Source: a virus (taxonomy: Duplodnaviria > Caudoviricetes). From it: 64,000 bases of DNA. Each line of letters opens with the position of its first letter. Position 1 is the first letter of the stretch. Of this stretch, positions 36,998 through 46,102 are shown one piece after another. The position numbers and the translations under genes are program-made. The notes beneath the pieces are model-generated. The model had not been told where the DNA came from. It did not search any database and saw only the letters and a program-made list of their open reading frames with translations. The stretch covers positions 3,150 through 67,149 of IMG/VR virus record IMGVR_UViG_3300019288_000050; one strand, written 5' to 3'.

Positions 36998-37432
36998 ATG
37001 AGATATTTTACATTCACCGAGTTCGAGCGCTCGGAAACCGCGACAAAATATGCCATAGACAATTCTATCCCGGACAAACTGAAATACAATGTGGCCGCGC
37101 TTGTAGACAAGGTGCTCGACCCTCTGCGCGAGGCGTGGGGAAAGCCGATAACGGTTACAAGCGGCTACCGCTGCAGCGAGCTTAACGCTAAGACTCCGGG
37201 GGCATCACGCACATCACAGCACATGACTGGCGAAGCCGCCGACATCTCTGTAGGAAATCAGTTAGATAACCGCCGTCTCGCCCAAAAACTGCTTGACCTC
37301 AAACTGCCCTTTGACCAGCTCATCAACGAGCATGACTGGCAATGGGTACATGTGAGTTATCGCGACGGTCATAACCGTCACGAAATGCTCAAGACGGTGC
37401 CTGGAGGTTATGTTAAAATCAGCGCGTTATGA
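36998..37432 (+). CDS. Endolysin, peptidase M15A
   Basis: LDPLRE, TSGYRC..LN, SQHMTGEAAD, WVHVS. Confidence 0.9.
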   Translation: MRYFTFTEFERSETATKYAIDNSIPDKLKYNVAALVDKVLDPLREAWGKPITVTSGYRCSELNAKTPGASRTSQHMTGEAADISVGNQLDNRRLAQKLLDLKLPFDQLINEHDWQWVHVSYRDGHNRHEMLKTVPGGYVKISAL

Positions 37433-37980
37433 CTCCCCGCGACAAAACCAATCAGCCGGGAGTGTGTACAGCCCTGCTTGTAGCTATCCTCATGCTTCTT
37501 GCAGTGGCGGTCATGGTGTCGGGATGCTCGCCTACGAAGTATGTACCGGTGGAAACGGTGCGGACGGAATACGTCCATGCCGACACCACGGGGCTGTATG
37601 AGCGCCTGCGCAGCTACTTCGAGTCGATATACCGCAGGGAGACATCGACCGATTCAGTGATTGACCGCACAAAGGAAACTGTGGTGCTCAAAGAGAACGG
37701 CGACACCGCACGTCATGACAAGGAACGCATAGTGTATGTCGCATCCCACCGAGAAAAGGAGCTTGAACACAAGGTGCAGCAACAGGACAGCACAATCAAG
37801 TCCCTACGCCTGCAACTTGAATCGGTGAAGTCAGACTCCATCCCGGTGCCCTATCCGGTGGAGCGCGAACTGACGAAGTGGGAGCAGACCAAGATGGACT
37901 TCGGAGGCTTCGCACTCGGCGGACTCGTAATCGGGCTAAGTATCGTCGTATTATGGTTAATCAAGAAATTCAGAAAGTAA
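37429..37980 (+). CDS. Unimolecular spanin-like lipoprotein
   Basis: Lipobox VSGC and C-terminal TM GGFALGGLVIGLSIVVLWLIKK, located between endolysin and holin. Confidence 0.7.
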   Translation: MTPRDKTNQPGVCTALLVAILMLLAVAVMVSGCSPTKYVPVETVRTEYVHADTTGLYERLRSYFESIYRRETSTDSVIDRTKETVVLKENGDTARHDKERIVYVASHREKELEHKVQQQDSTIKSLRLQLESVKSDSIPVPYPVERELTKWEQTKMDFGGFALGGLVIGLSIVVLWLIKKFRK

Positions 37981-37989
37981 TATATTGTA

Positions 37990-38481
37990 ATGGAAACTTA
38001 TATCGAAATAATCAAACTCGGCATGGGCGACTACTCGCTTCATCATCTTGTATGGCATCTGACAATAGTGGCGTTCTGCATATTCGTTACAGGGCTGTTT
38101 TCTATCGCTGACACCGCAAGCGGTATTTACACAGCGAAAAAAACTGGAGAGAAGCTACGCTCGCACCGTCTGCGCAAGACCTTTGAGAAAATGGCGGTCT
38201 ACTGGTTCTTTCAGATACTCGTGGGTGTGGTGGGGGTTGTTTTCTCGCTGTTTCCGTGGTACAATCTGCCCTATATGTCAATCATATTCGCGGCGATGAT
38301 ATGTATCGCCGAGGGACGTTCCATGTGGGAGCATAGCCGACGGCGCAAGGACAATGTGGCGAAAGTCCCCGAAGCCGTGCAGGAGCTGATTGACCTTGTG
38401 GGCGGCGAGGAGGAACTAAAGCGCACGCTTATAACCCTCGTTCAGAAACGTCTCGGAGTGGAGGGCGGGACTCAGACGTAA
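37990..38481 (+). CDS. Holin
   Basis: Three hydrophobic segments; IADTASGIYTAKKTGEKLRSHRLRKT pattern. Confidence 0.75.
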   Translation: METYIEIIKLGMGDYSLHHLVWHLTIVAFCIFVTGLFSIADTASGIYTAKKTGEKLRSHRLRKTFEKMAVYWFFQILVGVVGVVFSLFPWYNLPYMSIIFAAMICIAEGRSMWEHSRRRKDNVAKVPEAVQELIDLVGGEEELKRTLITLVQKRLGVEGGTQT

Positions 38482-38542
38482 AAAATAGCCCTCATAAGCA
38501 CTTAGAACCGAAGCCTTGGCGGGATTTTTCGGTTGAGCATGA

Positions 38543-38606
38543 CGCTCTGCGTTACAAGGACTATATGGTGGATAATTCCTATCGTATAAACCTATAACGC
38601 AGAGCG
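38543..38606. repeat. 12-bp inverted repeat / long hairpin
   Basis: CGCTCTGCGTTA (38543-54) and TAACGCAGAGCG (38595-606), 40-nt spacer. Confidence 0.7.
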
Positions 38607-38646
38607 ACGCGCTCTGTTCATTTCCAACCGTTAAACTTCCCGAATA

Positions 38647-38961
38647 ATGCCACGAATCTTAGAATACGCATCATCCGTGATTGACCTTGTTGCCGACGAG
38701 CTTGAAGTCTCCCGTGAACTTATCCTTTCCAAATCCCGCACAGCCGAGGCGGTCGATGCTCGGCATCTCGCCATAAAGCTGCTCCACTCAAAAGACATAT
38801 ATCCGTCACGGATAGCTGCGATATTCAGAATGTCGCCAAGAAGCGTCAGACATGTAATAACAGCCTTTGACGCTCGTGTTCAGGCAAATAAATCATTGGG
38901 ATATAACTTGGCAAAAATCAGGAAACAGCTCGGAGAAAGTTCGGACATAACGCGGAAATAA
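38647..38961 (+). CDS. DnaA/TrpR-like HTH protein
   Basis: VADELEVSRELILSKSRTAEAVDARHLAI...SRIAAIFRMSPRSV resembles the DnaA C-terminal HTH. Confidence 0.65.
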   Translation: MPRILEYASSVIDLVADELEVSRELILSKSRTAEAVDARHLAIKLLHSKDIYPSRIAAIFRMSPRSVRHVITAFDARVQANKSLGYNLAKIRKQLGESSDITRK

Positions 38962-39040
38962 TTCCTTTTGAACCAATACGTTGAGAGGTAATTTTGCATC
39001 ACGGAGCAATGTTTCTCCGCAATGTAAAACTAATCTCAAT

Positions 39041-40000
39041 ATGGGAGAGAATAAGACTTCTATTTTCACTTTTCCTGACGCGGGCGCGGCTGCCACGAAC
39101 AACAGCCTTGCCGCGATGCTTCCCGCCCTGTTGCAGAACCGAGGCATAGACAGCGCCGCCCTCATGGGCATGATGGCCAACGGCAACAACGGCTTCTTCG
39201 GCAACAACGGAGGCTTTCAGGACATCATCGCCCTTATCGTGATTGCCGCAATCTTCGGCAACGGTAATTTCGGCTTCGGCGGCAACGGCAATGGTCGCGG
39301 CGACACCGAGCGCCAGATGCTCATGGACGCTATCCAGCGCAACGGCATCGACATCAGTCAGCTCGCAAGCTCCGTAGGATGCTCAAAAGACCAGATTCTC
39401 GCGGGCATCAACGGTGTGTCAAGCGCAATATGCGGTCTCGGCAATCAGATGGGTCAGAACACCAACCAAATCATCACCACGCTCATGCAGGGCAACAACG
39501 CGCTCGCAAGCCAACTCGCTCAGTGCTGCTGCGAGAACCGCCTTGCAATCTGCCAGCAGACCAACACCCTCACCAACTCCATCAACGGAATCAACACAGG
39601 CGTTGAGCGCGGTTTCTCCGCACTCGGTTATGCGCTCGCCGAACAGAGCTGTCAGAGCCGTCAGAACGCGGACGCCAACACCCGCGCCGTCCTTGCAAAG
39701 CTCGACGCGATGGAAGACAGCCGCAAAGACCGAGAAATCGCGACCCTCACCGCACAGCTCACCGCAGCCAACAGCCGCGCGGAGCGCCAGGCAGAACTTG
39801 CGCCCATCTATCAGCAGTTGAGCGAAATCGCATGTAACCAGCCCCCGGTGAAGAAAATCTGCTGCCCCGAACAGTACGTGCCGGTGAACACAGGCATCAA
39901 CGCCATGTACGGGCTTATCCCAACCGGTTGCGGCAACGTGTTCGCGGGCGCTTTCAATCCGTTCGTAGGTTTCGGCAACGGCACAGGGTCATTCTTTTAA
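39041..40000 (+). CDS. Gly/Asn/Gln-rich coiled-coil protein (spore-coat-like hypothetical)
   Basis: 319 aa; NGNNGFFGNNGG low complexity, hydrophobic IIALIVIAAIF, QCCCENRLA; promoter TAATTTTG 38989-96. Confidence 0.7.
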   Translation: MGENKTSIFTFPDAGAAATNNSLAAMLPALLQNRGIDSAALMGMMANGNNGFFGNNGGFQDIIALIVIAAIFGNGNFGFGGNGNGRGDTERQMLMDAIQRNGIDISQLASSVGCSKDQILAGINGVSSAICGLGNQMGQNTNQIITTLMQGNNALASQLAQCCCENRLAICQQTNTLTNSINGINTGVERGFSALGYALAEQSCQSRQNADANTRAVLAKLDAMEDSRKDREIATLTAQLTAANSRAERQAELAPIYQQLSEIACNQPPVKKICCPEQYVPVNTGINAMYGLIPTGCGNVFAGAFNPFVGFGNGTGSFF

Positions 40001-40018
40001 TTTAGGGAGGGCTGTGAT

Positions 40019-40345
40019 ATGGTAAACATAAATGGCATCCCATGCATCAACTCTACCGGCGTGGCTGTGTCAACGGCCAACGTGACGTACTCGTTCGACA
40101 ATTCGCGCGAGATTCCGTTTGCCGGGCTTGTCCTTGTGAGGTTGCAACAGGCAGTCCCGACGGGGACAACCGCCACCCTCCCGGTATTGTTCGGCAACGC
40201 GCCTCTGACCGGCTTTAACGGAGAGCCTGTGACTGCCGCCAACCTCAGCGGCACGGGCATATACGTGGTCTATTACAACAGCCGCTCGAAATTGCTCCAG
40301 CTGCTGACGGGCATCACGCCCACGGCCACAGCCCCGACAACTTAA
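40019..40345 (+). CDS. Small beta-rich protein
   Basis: 108 aa with alternating hydrophobic strands. Confidence 0.65.
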   Translation: MVNINGIPCINSTGVAVSTANVTYSFDNSREIPFAGLVLVRLQQAVPTGTTATLPVLFGNAPLTGFNGEPVTAANLSGTGIYVVYYNSRSKLLQLLTGITPTATAPTT

Positions 40346-40366
40346 CAATAATCAAAAGTAACAACA

Positions 40367-40915
40367 ATGAGTTTTTCCAACCTTAGGGGTTCTTCCCTTT
40401 TGTACATCCTCAACAAGGAGGGCGTGCCGAGCGTCAATGTCGGCACGGTGATCAACGTGACCGCGCCCTATGGCAAATACGGCAATATGGCCATGGCTTT
40501 CGGGCAGCAACCGGAGCAGGTCGTTGACCTCACAGTGAAAGTCGATGACAAGCAGGGTCAGTTCTTCAAAGTTCCCGCCAATGCAGACGTTTGGGAATAC
40601 GAGAACAACGGCATCAAGACGCAGTATGTTCTCGCCACAAGCAAGGACGCAATAAACGCGGCTGTCAACAACCTGCGCCAACAGGCCGTGGACATCATCA
40701 ATTCGGTCGACCACAACAGACAGGTGGTGGCCGCGTGCGACGAGATGCTGAAACAGCTCAACCCCGAATTTGCCGAGAAACAGCGGCAGGAGCAGGAGAT
40801 AAGCGAGCTGAAACAGCAGCTTGCCACCCAGCAATCGCAGATGGCGGAGCTTATCGCCCTGCTAAAAGGTGGTAAGGAGTCCCCTAAGGAGGAAAGACCC
40901 GCTAAAAACAAGTAA
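40367..40915 (+). CDS. Hypothetical protein with C-terminal coiled coil
   Basis: 182 aa. Confidence 0.65.
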   Translation: MSFSNLRGSSLLYILNKEGVPSVNVGTVINVTAPYGKYGNMAMAFGQQPEQVVDLTVKVDDKQGQFFKVPANADVWEYENNGIKTQYVLATSKDAINAAVNNLRQQAVDIINSVDHNRQVVAACDEMLKQLNPEFAEKQRQEQEISELKQQLATQQSQMAELIALLKGGKESPKEERPAKNK

Positions 40916-40918
40916 ACT

Positions 40919-41251
40919 ATGGGTTACATGATACAGATAGAAGAAGATTCCGCCATGGAGCTGAAAGAGCACGCCAAGAAAGCGTTGAAGCACATGGGCA
41001 AGCTCATGGAGTGCGTCGAAGAACTCTGTGAGGAATCCCAGATGGGCGAGCGCGGCGGCTACGGCAATCGCGGTGGTGGCGGCAGCGGTTACGGAAGCCG
41101 CTACGGCAACCGTGGTGGCTACTCCGGCGGTTCGGACGGTGGCTACGGCAACCGCATGGGTTACCGCGACGAGGAATGGGATGATGAGGATGACGACTTC
41201 GGCGAGCGCAGAGGTCGTAGTTCTCGTACCGGGCGTTACGTGCGCCGATAA
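40919..41251 (+). CDS. Gly/Arg/Tyr-rich low-complexity protein
   Basis: RGGYGNRGGGGSGYGSRYGNRGGYSGG...RRGRSSRTGRYVRR. Confidence 0.7.
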   Translation: MGYMIQIEEDSAMELKEHAKKALKHMGKLMECVEELCEESQMGERGGYGNRGGGGSGYGSRYGNRGGYSGGSDGGYGNRMGYRDEEWDDEDDDFGERRGRSSRTGRYVRR

Positions 41252-41316
41252 TTAACCGTGGGGCAACTTGTCGAAAATATCGATAGGTTGCCCCTTTATT
41301 CCTAAACTGAAAGAAT

Positions 41317-41742
41317 ATGAAAAGAACCCCACTTGATATGTTTGAGATAAACCTGCCCGACGGCATGAGGTCTTACCTGCGCAATTATGGGTACTCATTC
41401 GGGAAAAAGGCTTGCATGGAAGCGGTCAAAAAACTCAAGCGTCTTAATCCTGCTACTGGCAAGATGGAAACTCTTGAAGCTCTAAATAAAGAGCAGGTCG
41501 AAGAAATGCTGACGAAACATGGCATTAAGTTGGAGCATAACGTCGGCTACGATTTCGTCTATGCCGCCAACTACGGAAAGGCTGTGCATTATAAGTCAAG
41601 CATCACTGACGAGAAGCAGCTTGCCCTCTATGTGAAAGACCGTATTGACAACCCTCTAATGCCGGGTGGCAATGAGTTTCGCGAGTGGCTTGTAAGGTGT
41701 GATGCTCTTGGCATTCCTGTTGACTGGGACGAAATCTTATGA
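41317..41742 (+). CDS. Hypothetical protein
   Basis: 141 aa helical. Confidence 0.65.
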   Translation: MKRTPLDMFEINLPDGMRSYLRNYGYSFGKKACMEAVKKLKRLNPATGKMETLEALNKEQVEEMLTKHGIKLEHNVGYDFVYAANYGKAVHYKSSITDEKQLALYVKDRIDNPLMPGGNEFREWLVRCDALGIPVDWDEIL

Positions 41743-42149
41743 TACGCCAAAACATCTACCTTGAACGTGCGCACGGCTGGCGGGTGACTTGTTACTTCGC
41801 CGTGACGCATTATGAGGTGGAGGAAATCATGCAGCGGCTTATCGAGGCTGGCTGTGAGGGCGATAACCTGCAAACCGCCTACGACAACCTTTGCTCGGAC
41901 AGTCTCAATACGGGGCTGTGCTATTCGGGTAACGGCGAAAGCGTGTTGGTGGTGAGTTGCGCCACGTCGCCCTCTCAGCTACTCAATAGTATTTTCCACG
42001 AAAGCCATCATCTTAGCTCTATGATAGCCAAAGCGCTTGGCTGGGACTTGATGGGCGAGGAAGTGTGCTATCTGTCGGGCGAGATAGGACAACAGATGCA
42101 CCCCGTCGTGAGCCACTATCTGTGTGGGCATTGCCGAAGCAACGTGTAA
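41739..42149 (+). CDS. HExxH zincin-like metalloprotein
   Basis: IFHESHHL followed by GEEVCYL. Confidence 0.6.
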   Translation: MIRQNIYLERAHGWRVTCYFAVTHYEVEEIMQRLIEAGCEGDNLQTAYDNLCSDSLNTGLCYSGNGESVLVVSCATSPSQLLNSIFHESHHLSSMIAKALGWDLMGEEVCYLSGEIGQQMHPVVSHYLCGHCRSNV

Positions 42150-42202
42150 AGAAAACTGCAAATTCTTTACACATAAATCAAACATATAAAAATTCTTTAC
42201 AT

Positions 42203-42448
42203 ATGAACTCAAAAATCGAAGCAAGGATAGAGGCGGTGAAGCTCGCCCTTAACGTGGAGGGTGTCACCTCTGAAAACATCATTGAAGTCAGCGAGAAAAT
42301 CGCCTCATTCATTATCGGTAATGCGGAGTTGCCCGACAAAGACCCCTCCGATGACATGCAGAAACGCATGATGGATATGGTGACTGGGGCTTACAACAAT
42401 CTCTCCGCATCAAAAGTATCAACCGAAACACCCTCAGAGAATGGATAA
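42203..42448 (+). CDS. Hypothetical protein
   Basis: Start MNSKIEAR; preceded by TTCTTTACA repeats. Confidence 0.55.
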   Translation: MNSKIEARIEAVKLALNVEGVTSENIIEVSEKIASFIIGNAELPDKDPSDDMQKRMMDMVTGAYNNLSASKVSTETPSENG

Positions 42449-42555
42449 GACTCAAAGAATCGCGACACGTCGCGCCCTGCTTTTCGACATTCCCAAGCAG
42501 AAACCGTTGTTAGACTTTACACCTCTTATGGCACTCGTAACTCTTTTCAAATCTT

Positions 42556-42759
42556 ATGGCATCCGCAAATAGACGCAATCGCCGGGCCAATGGCATGAAA
42601 GGTTCGACCGTCCGTAAGGCTCTGGAGAGCGGAACATCGCTCAACTCGCTCTATGCCCTTATACCTGAAAACCGCCACAAGGCTCTCGACCTATTCCTGC
42701 GGATGTTTGGAAAAAGTCCCGCAGATTTGCATGAGGCGTTGGAGAGGGAACGGTCATAA
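42556..42759 (+). CDS. Hypothetical protein
   Basis: 67 aa. Confidence 0.45.
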   Translation: MASANRRNRRANGMKGSTVRKALESGTSLNSLYALIPENRHKALDLFLRMFGKSPADLHEALERERS

Positions 42760-42831
42760 ACGACAAACGCGCCTGCCCTTTTGGGACAGACGCGCATATC
42801 TGTGTGAGCCGCGAGGAAACTTGCGGCTCTT

Positions 42832-43716
42832 TTATTCAACATTCTCTTTGAGCCATTGCTGAAAATACCACAACTGGCCACAGCCGCCTCCAATGTCATC
42901 CTGCCCTGCGGGGTTGAACACTCGCAGTGAGAAACCTTTGTCAAGCATGAGCCTTTGAAAACCACTTATCAGGTCAAGTTGCCTTTCGATAGAGCTTTTC
43001 ACACTCTCTGACTTCTGACATATTACGGAAAGAGTCACTTCCCACACATCGGGGTTGAATATCTTTGCAAGCCGTTCCGCATCCTCGGGCGTTGAGTTGT
43101 TCGCATGGACGCAGTAGTTGAAGAATGGTCTACGCCCCGTGAATGCCGCCCACATTTCGCCGAGGGATGCGATTTGGCGCAGTGTGCAGGTGTCGGTGGG
43201 TATCAGTTTTGCCCTTGCTTCATTGGTAGATTCATGCACGGAGAATTGGATGCCTACTTGGGGCAATCTCTGACTTAGGGCTATGAAGTCGCTCCAATGC
43301 TGTTCCGTACCAAATGGAGCTGATGTTGACACAAGAAGCTGTGCGTTTGAATATTCATTAGCTAATAAGGCTATAGCTATACGCAGTTCGTCATAGTTAT
43401 CCATTGGCTCTCCCATTGACATGAACATTATCTGGAATTTCTCGATTTCAGATGTGTCACAGTCAATGGTTGATAGAACTGTCCTGACCTGTCTTTGTAT
43501 CTCAAACCATTTCAGATTTCGCACAAAGAACTTGCCCGTTCCGCAGAACTTACAGCCGACCTTGCAGCCGGACTGAACGGAGCAGCATATCACCGTGCGC
43601 TTACGGTATTCGCCATAGCGGTAAAGGACGGTCTCGGCTATCGCCTTAGGCTCGTCGAATTCGAACACGAATTTCTTCACATTGGTGTCCGAACTTTCAA
43701 AAACTTGGTATTTCAT
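42832..43716 (-). CDS. RlmN/Cfr-like radical SAM methyltransferase
   Basis: ICCSVQSGCKVGCKFC (CxxxCxxC), MGEP, FSVH, DIGGGCGQL. Confidence 0.85.
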   Translation of the reverse strand: MKYQVFESSDTNVKKFVFEFDEPKAIAETVLYRYGEYRKRTVICCSVQSGCKVGCKFCGTGKFFVRNLKWFEIQRQVRTVLSTIDCDTSEIEKFQIMFMSMGEPMDNYDELRIAIALLANEYSNAQLLVSTSAPFGTEQHWSDFIALSQRLPQVGIQFSVHESTNEARAKLIPTDTCTLRQIASLGEMWAAFTGRRPFFNYCVHANNSTPEDAERLAKIFNPDVWEVTLSVICQKSESVKSSIERQLDLISGFQRLMLDKGFSLRVFNPAGQDDIGGGCGQLWYFQQWLKENVE

Positions 43717-44060
43717 TTTGTTTTCGGGATTATTTCATCAATAGGCATCATATCCGAGAACGTGTAGAACCTCTCCAAGCCGTATCTTACAGCTATGTCA
43801 TGTTCTGTGCTACACCCTTTGCTTTTAGTCCATTCAGGATGGAAATATGCGGCATCGCACATCAACAGACGCTTTATGTCCTCGCCCATGTAGTAGGCAT
43901 ACGACTCTTTATACGACATTTCGAGTGGGGCAAGAGGTGTGTCAAAAGGGTTGACGGGTTCGTGGCCAAGAGCCTTGATTTTCTCGGCTATTTCTAATGC
44001 CTTGCCTGTCTGTGTCATTAAGTCTTTGCCACTTATTGGGATGCTAATATATATTTTCAT
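43713..44060 (-). CDS. DUF4406 / nucleoside deoxyribosyltransferase-like protein
   Basis: KIYISIPISG, LLMCDAAYFHPEWTKSKGCSTE. Confidence 0.75.
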   Translation of the reverse strand: MKIYISIPISGKDLMTQTGKALEIAEKIKALGHEPVNPFDTPLAPLEMSYKESYAYYMGEDIKRLLMCDAAYFHPEWTKSKGCSTEHDIAVRYGLERFYTFSDMMPIDEIIPKTK

Positions 44061-44235
44061 TACTTGTTTTGTTTGATTCGTTTACTCCATACATTGTAGC
44101 AGAAATGGTTTATGGAGCAGGTCACTACACAGAATATCGTGTAACCATAATCCTTGTTAAGGAAGCTCCCCAATGCCGCCCCTATTGAAGCGGACATCCA
44201 TGCGAGGCTCCAGTATTTCATGAATAGGTAGAATT

Positions 44236-44472
44236 TCATTCCTCAATTGCTTCGAGTGTTATACGGACTTTCTCCACAAGGCAATAGCGTTGGAGCAGGA
44301 AGCGTAGGAATCCCTCAAAGTCTTTTGTTTGCTCAGCCGTGACTTCGCTTAGAGCGTTCCGCATTAAGTCTGCTATCATTTTTCGCTTCGGGATAGTCTT
44401 TAAGCTGATCGCAGGGTTTATTTCCTCCGCATACTCGCGGGCTGTGTCGGTGATTTGTTCTTCGGTCAGCAT
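44236..44472 (-). CDS. Hypothetical protein
   Basis: 78 aa in the leftward operon. Confidence 0.5.
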   Translation of the reverse strand: MLTEEQITDTAREYAEEINPAISLKTIPKRKMIADLMRNALSEVTAEQTKDFEGFLRFLLQRYCLVEKVRITLEAIEE

Positions 44473-44629
44473 GGCTCGTCGGTTATGCTCCCGTCGGAAA
44501 TATCTATGACTTCTTCCGGCGGTATGTCTATTATTTCTCTCGGTTCTTCAGGCGCCGCGTAGACGCTGTCGATAAAATCCCAAAAATCTTCAATTTGCAT
44601 TTTTTTGTTTGAAATTCCGGTGTTTTACG

Positions 44630-45208
44630 TTATTTCGGGGATGGGATTTCCATCCAGTATTCTATTTCAGACTTTTCCGCGATTCCGTCACTGTAGACCC
44701 TGTGCCACACACCGCATACGTCGTTCCATACGGCCGGTTCCATCTGAGGGTATGCGAGGACCACCTGTCCGTTTTTCGGTACGGCAATGGCTGTCTCATG
44801 CCAAAATTCCGCCATGGAGCGGACGGCCACGGACGGAGCCGAATCAAGCCCTTGTTCTTTGGCGTACATTTTCATGATTTTGGACGCCATGCCTAAGCGC
44901 TCCATGATGCCGCACAGCATGCCGTAGCAGTCGGATATGAATTTGGCTCTGCCGGGATGGCTCTCACGCAGTGTTTTGCTACCCCATGCCCATACAGGAT
45001 AATATGGTACGGCATCTTTTCCGGCATACTTGATATGTGTGTCGATTCCATAGGTGCCGCCGAAACATTTTGCGGTGTTGTGCATGTCGAATTTGCCCGC
45101 CGCGAAATTCGCGCAGTCCTCCAGGCAGTGTGCGGTGTATACGAGCTGTTCTTCTGTGAGTTCGACGACCCATTTGGCCTGTCTCTGTGGTTTGTTAATA
45201 TCTTGCAT
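44630..45208 (-). CDS. Hypothetical protein with DUF551-like C-terminus
   Basis: WHETAIAVPKNGQVVLA...YWMEIP. Confidence 0.5.
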   Translation of the reverse strand: MQDINKPQRQAKWVVELTEEQLVYTAHCLEDCANFAAGKFDMHNTAKCFGGTYGIDTHIKYAGKDAVPYYPVWAWGSKTLRESHPGRAKFISDCYGMLCGIMERLGMASKIMKMYAKEQGLDSAPSVAVRSMAEFWHETAIAVPKNGQVVLAYPQMEPAVWNDVCGVWHRVYSDGIAEKSEIEYWMEIPSPK

Positions 45209-45379
45209 ATCCTGAATAATGTGACGGGTCCACTAAAATTGTCTGCCGGCCTTTGCCGTAGTTTTGCATGAATCTCACCGATAGCCTCATGGCATTGGCC
45301 ATCATGCGTTCCTCGCGGCCGGTGAAGCTCCATCCGAGCGGCCCGCGCCGTGGTTTTTCCTGTGATGAATTTTGGGTTG

Positions 45380-46102
45380 TCATTGCTGTTTTCTGTAGGT
45401 GTCTCCTTTGAATGCTATTTTGTGGAACATTTCATTGAACCGGTCGGCGGTGCGGTCCTTGTATTTGTTGCGTATGTCTTTGCCGACAAGGTTGGTGGTT
45501 ATGAAAGTGAAAAGCTGGTGGTTGTATCGGTAGTCGATAAGGTCCACGACGGGCGTGTTGATGTTAAGGTAGTCGTGCACTTCCGCCGGCTCCGTGCCGA
45601 GGTCGTCTATGGCAAGCATGGGGCGTGACTTTATCTCGTTGAACCTTTTGAGGTCTTTGGAGTACATCGCCAGTTCTTTCGCCCTGAAAATCTCCATGGA
45701 GGCTTTGAACGGCCTGTTTTCTCCGTTGAGGAAAGAAAAATGCTTTCGGTCTTCCAGATAGTTGACGACGCGTTGGAACGCATAAAGCAGGGTCGTTTTG
45801 CCGTTGCCGCAGCTTCCCGAACATATTATTCCGAACATGGGAGTGGCCTGCGTGATATATACGGCGAGGCTGACAAGGCAGCTTTCGGTGTTGGCGTCAA
45901 GTATGAACCGGCGTTGGCGCCGCTCGACCTCGAATCTATATGCTGCCGCGAGCATGTCGAGCGCATCCTGCACCGGCATGTCGAACCTAAAACGCCCCTT
46001 CGTAGTCGTCCGGGGTGTGATTTCCGACATCAGTTCCCCGACGCGCCGAGTATTTATCTTCAGTCTGTGTTTGGGTGTTTCTGTTGTCATAATTGCCTTC
46101 AA
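45380..46102 (-). CDS. DnaC/IstB-like AAA+ helicase loader
   Basis: GSCGNGKTT, LAIDDLG, ITTNL, DRFNEM. Confidence 0.85.
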   Translation of the reverse strand: MKAIMTTETPKHRLKINTRRVGELMSEITPRTTTKGRFRFDMPVQDALDMLAAAYRFEVERRQRRFILDANTESCLVSLAVYITQATPMFGIICSGSCGNGKTTLLYAFQRVVNYLEDRKHFSFLNGENRPFKASMEIFRAKELAMYSKDLKRFNEIKSRPMLAIDDLGTEPAEVHDYLNINTPVVDLIDYRYNHQLFTFITTNLVGKDIRNKYKDRTADRFNEMFHKIAFKGDTYRKQQ

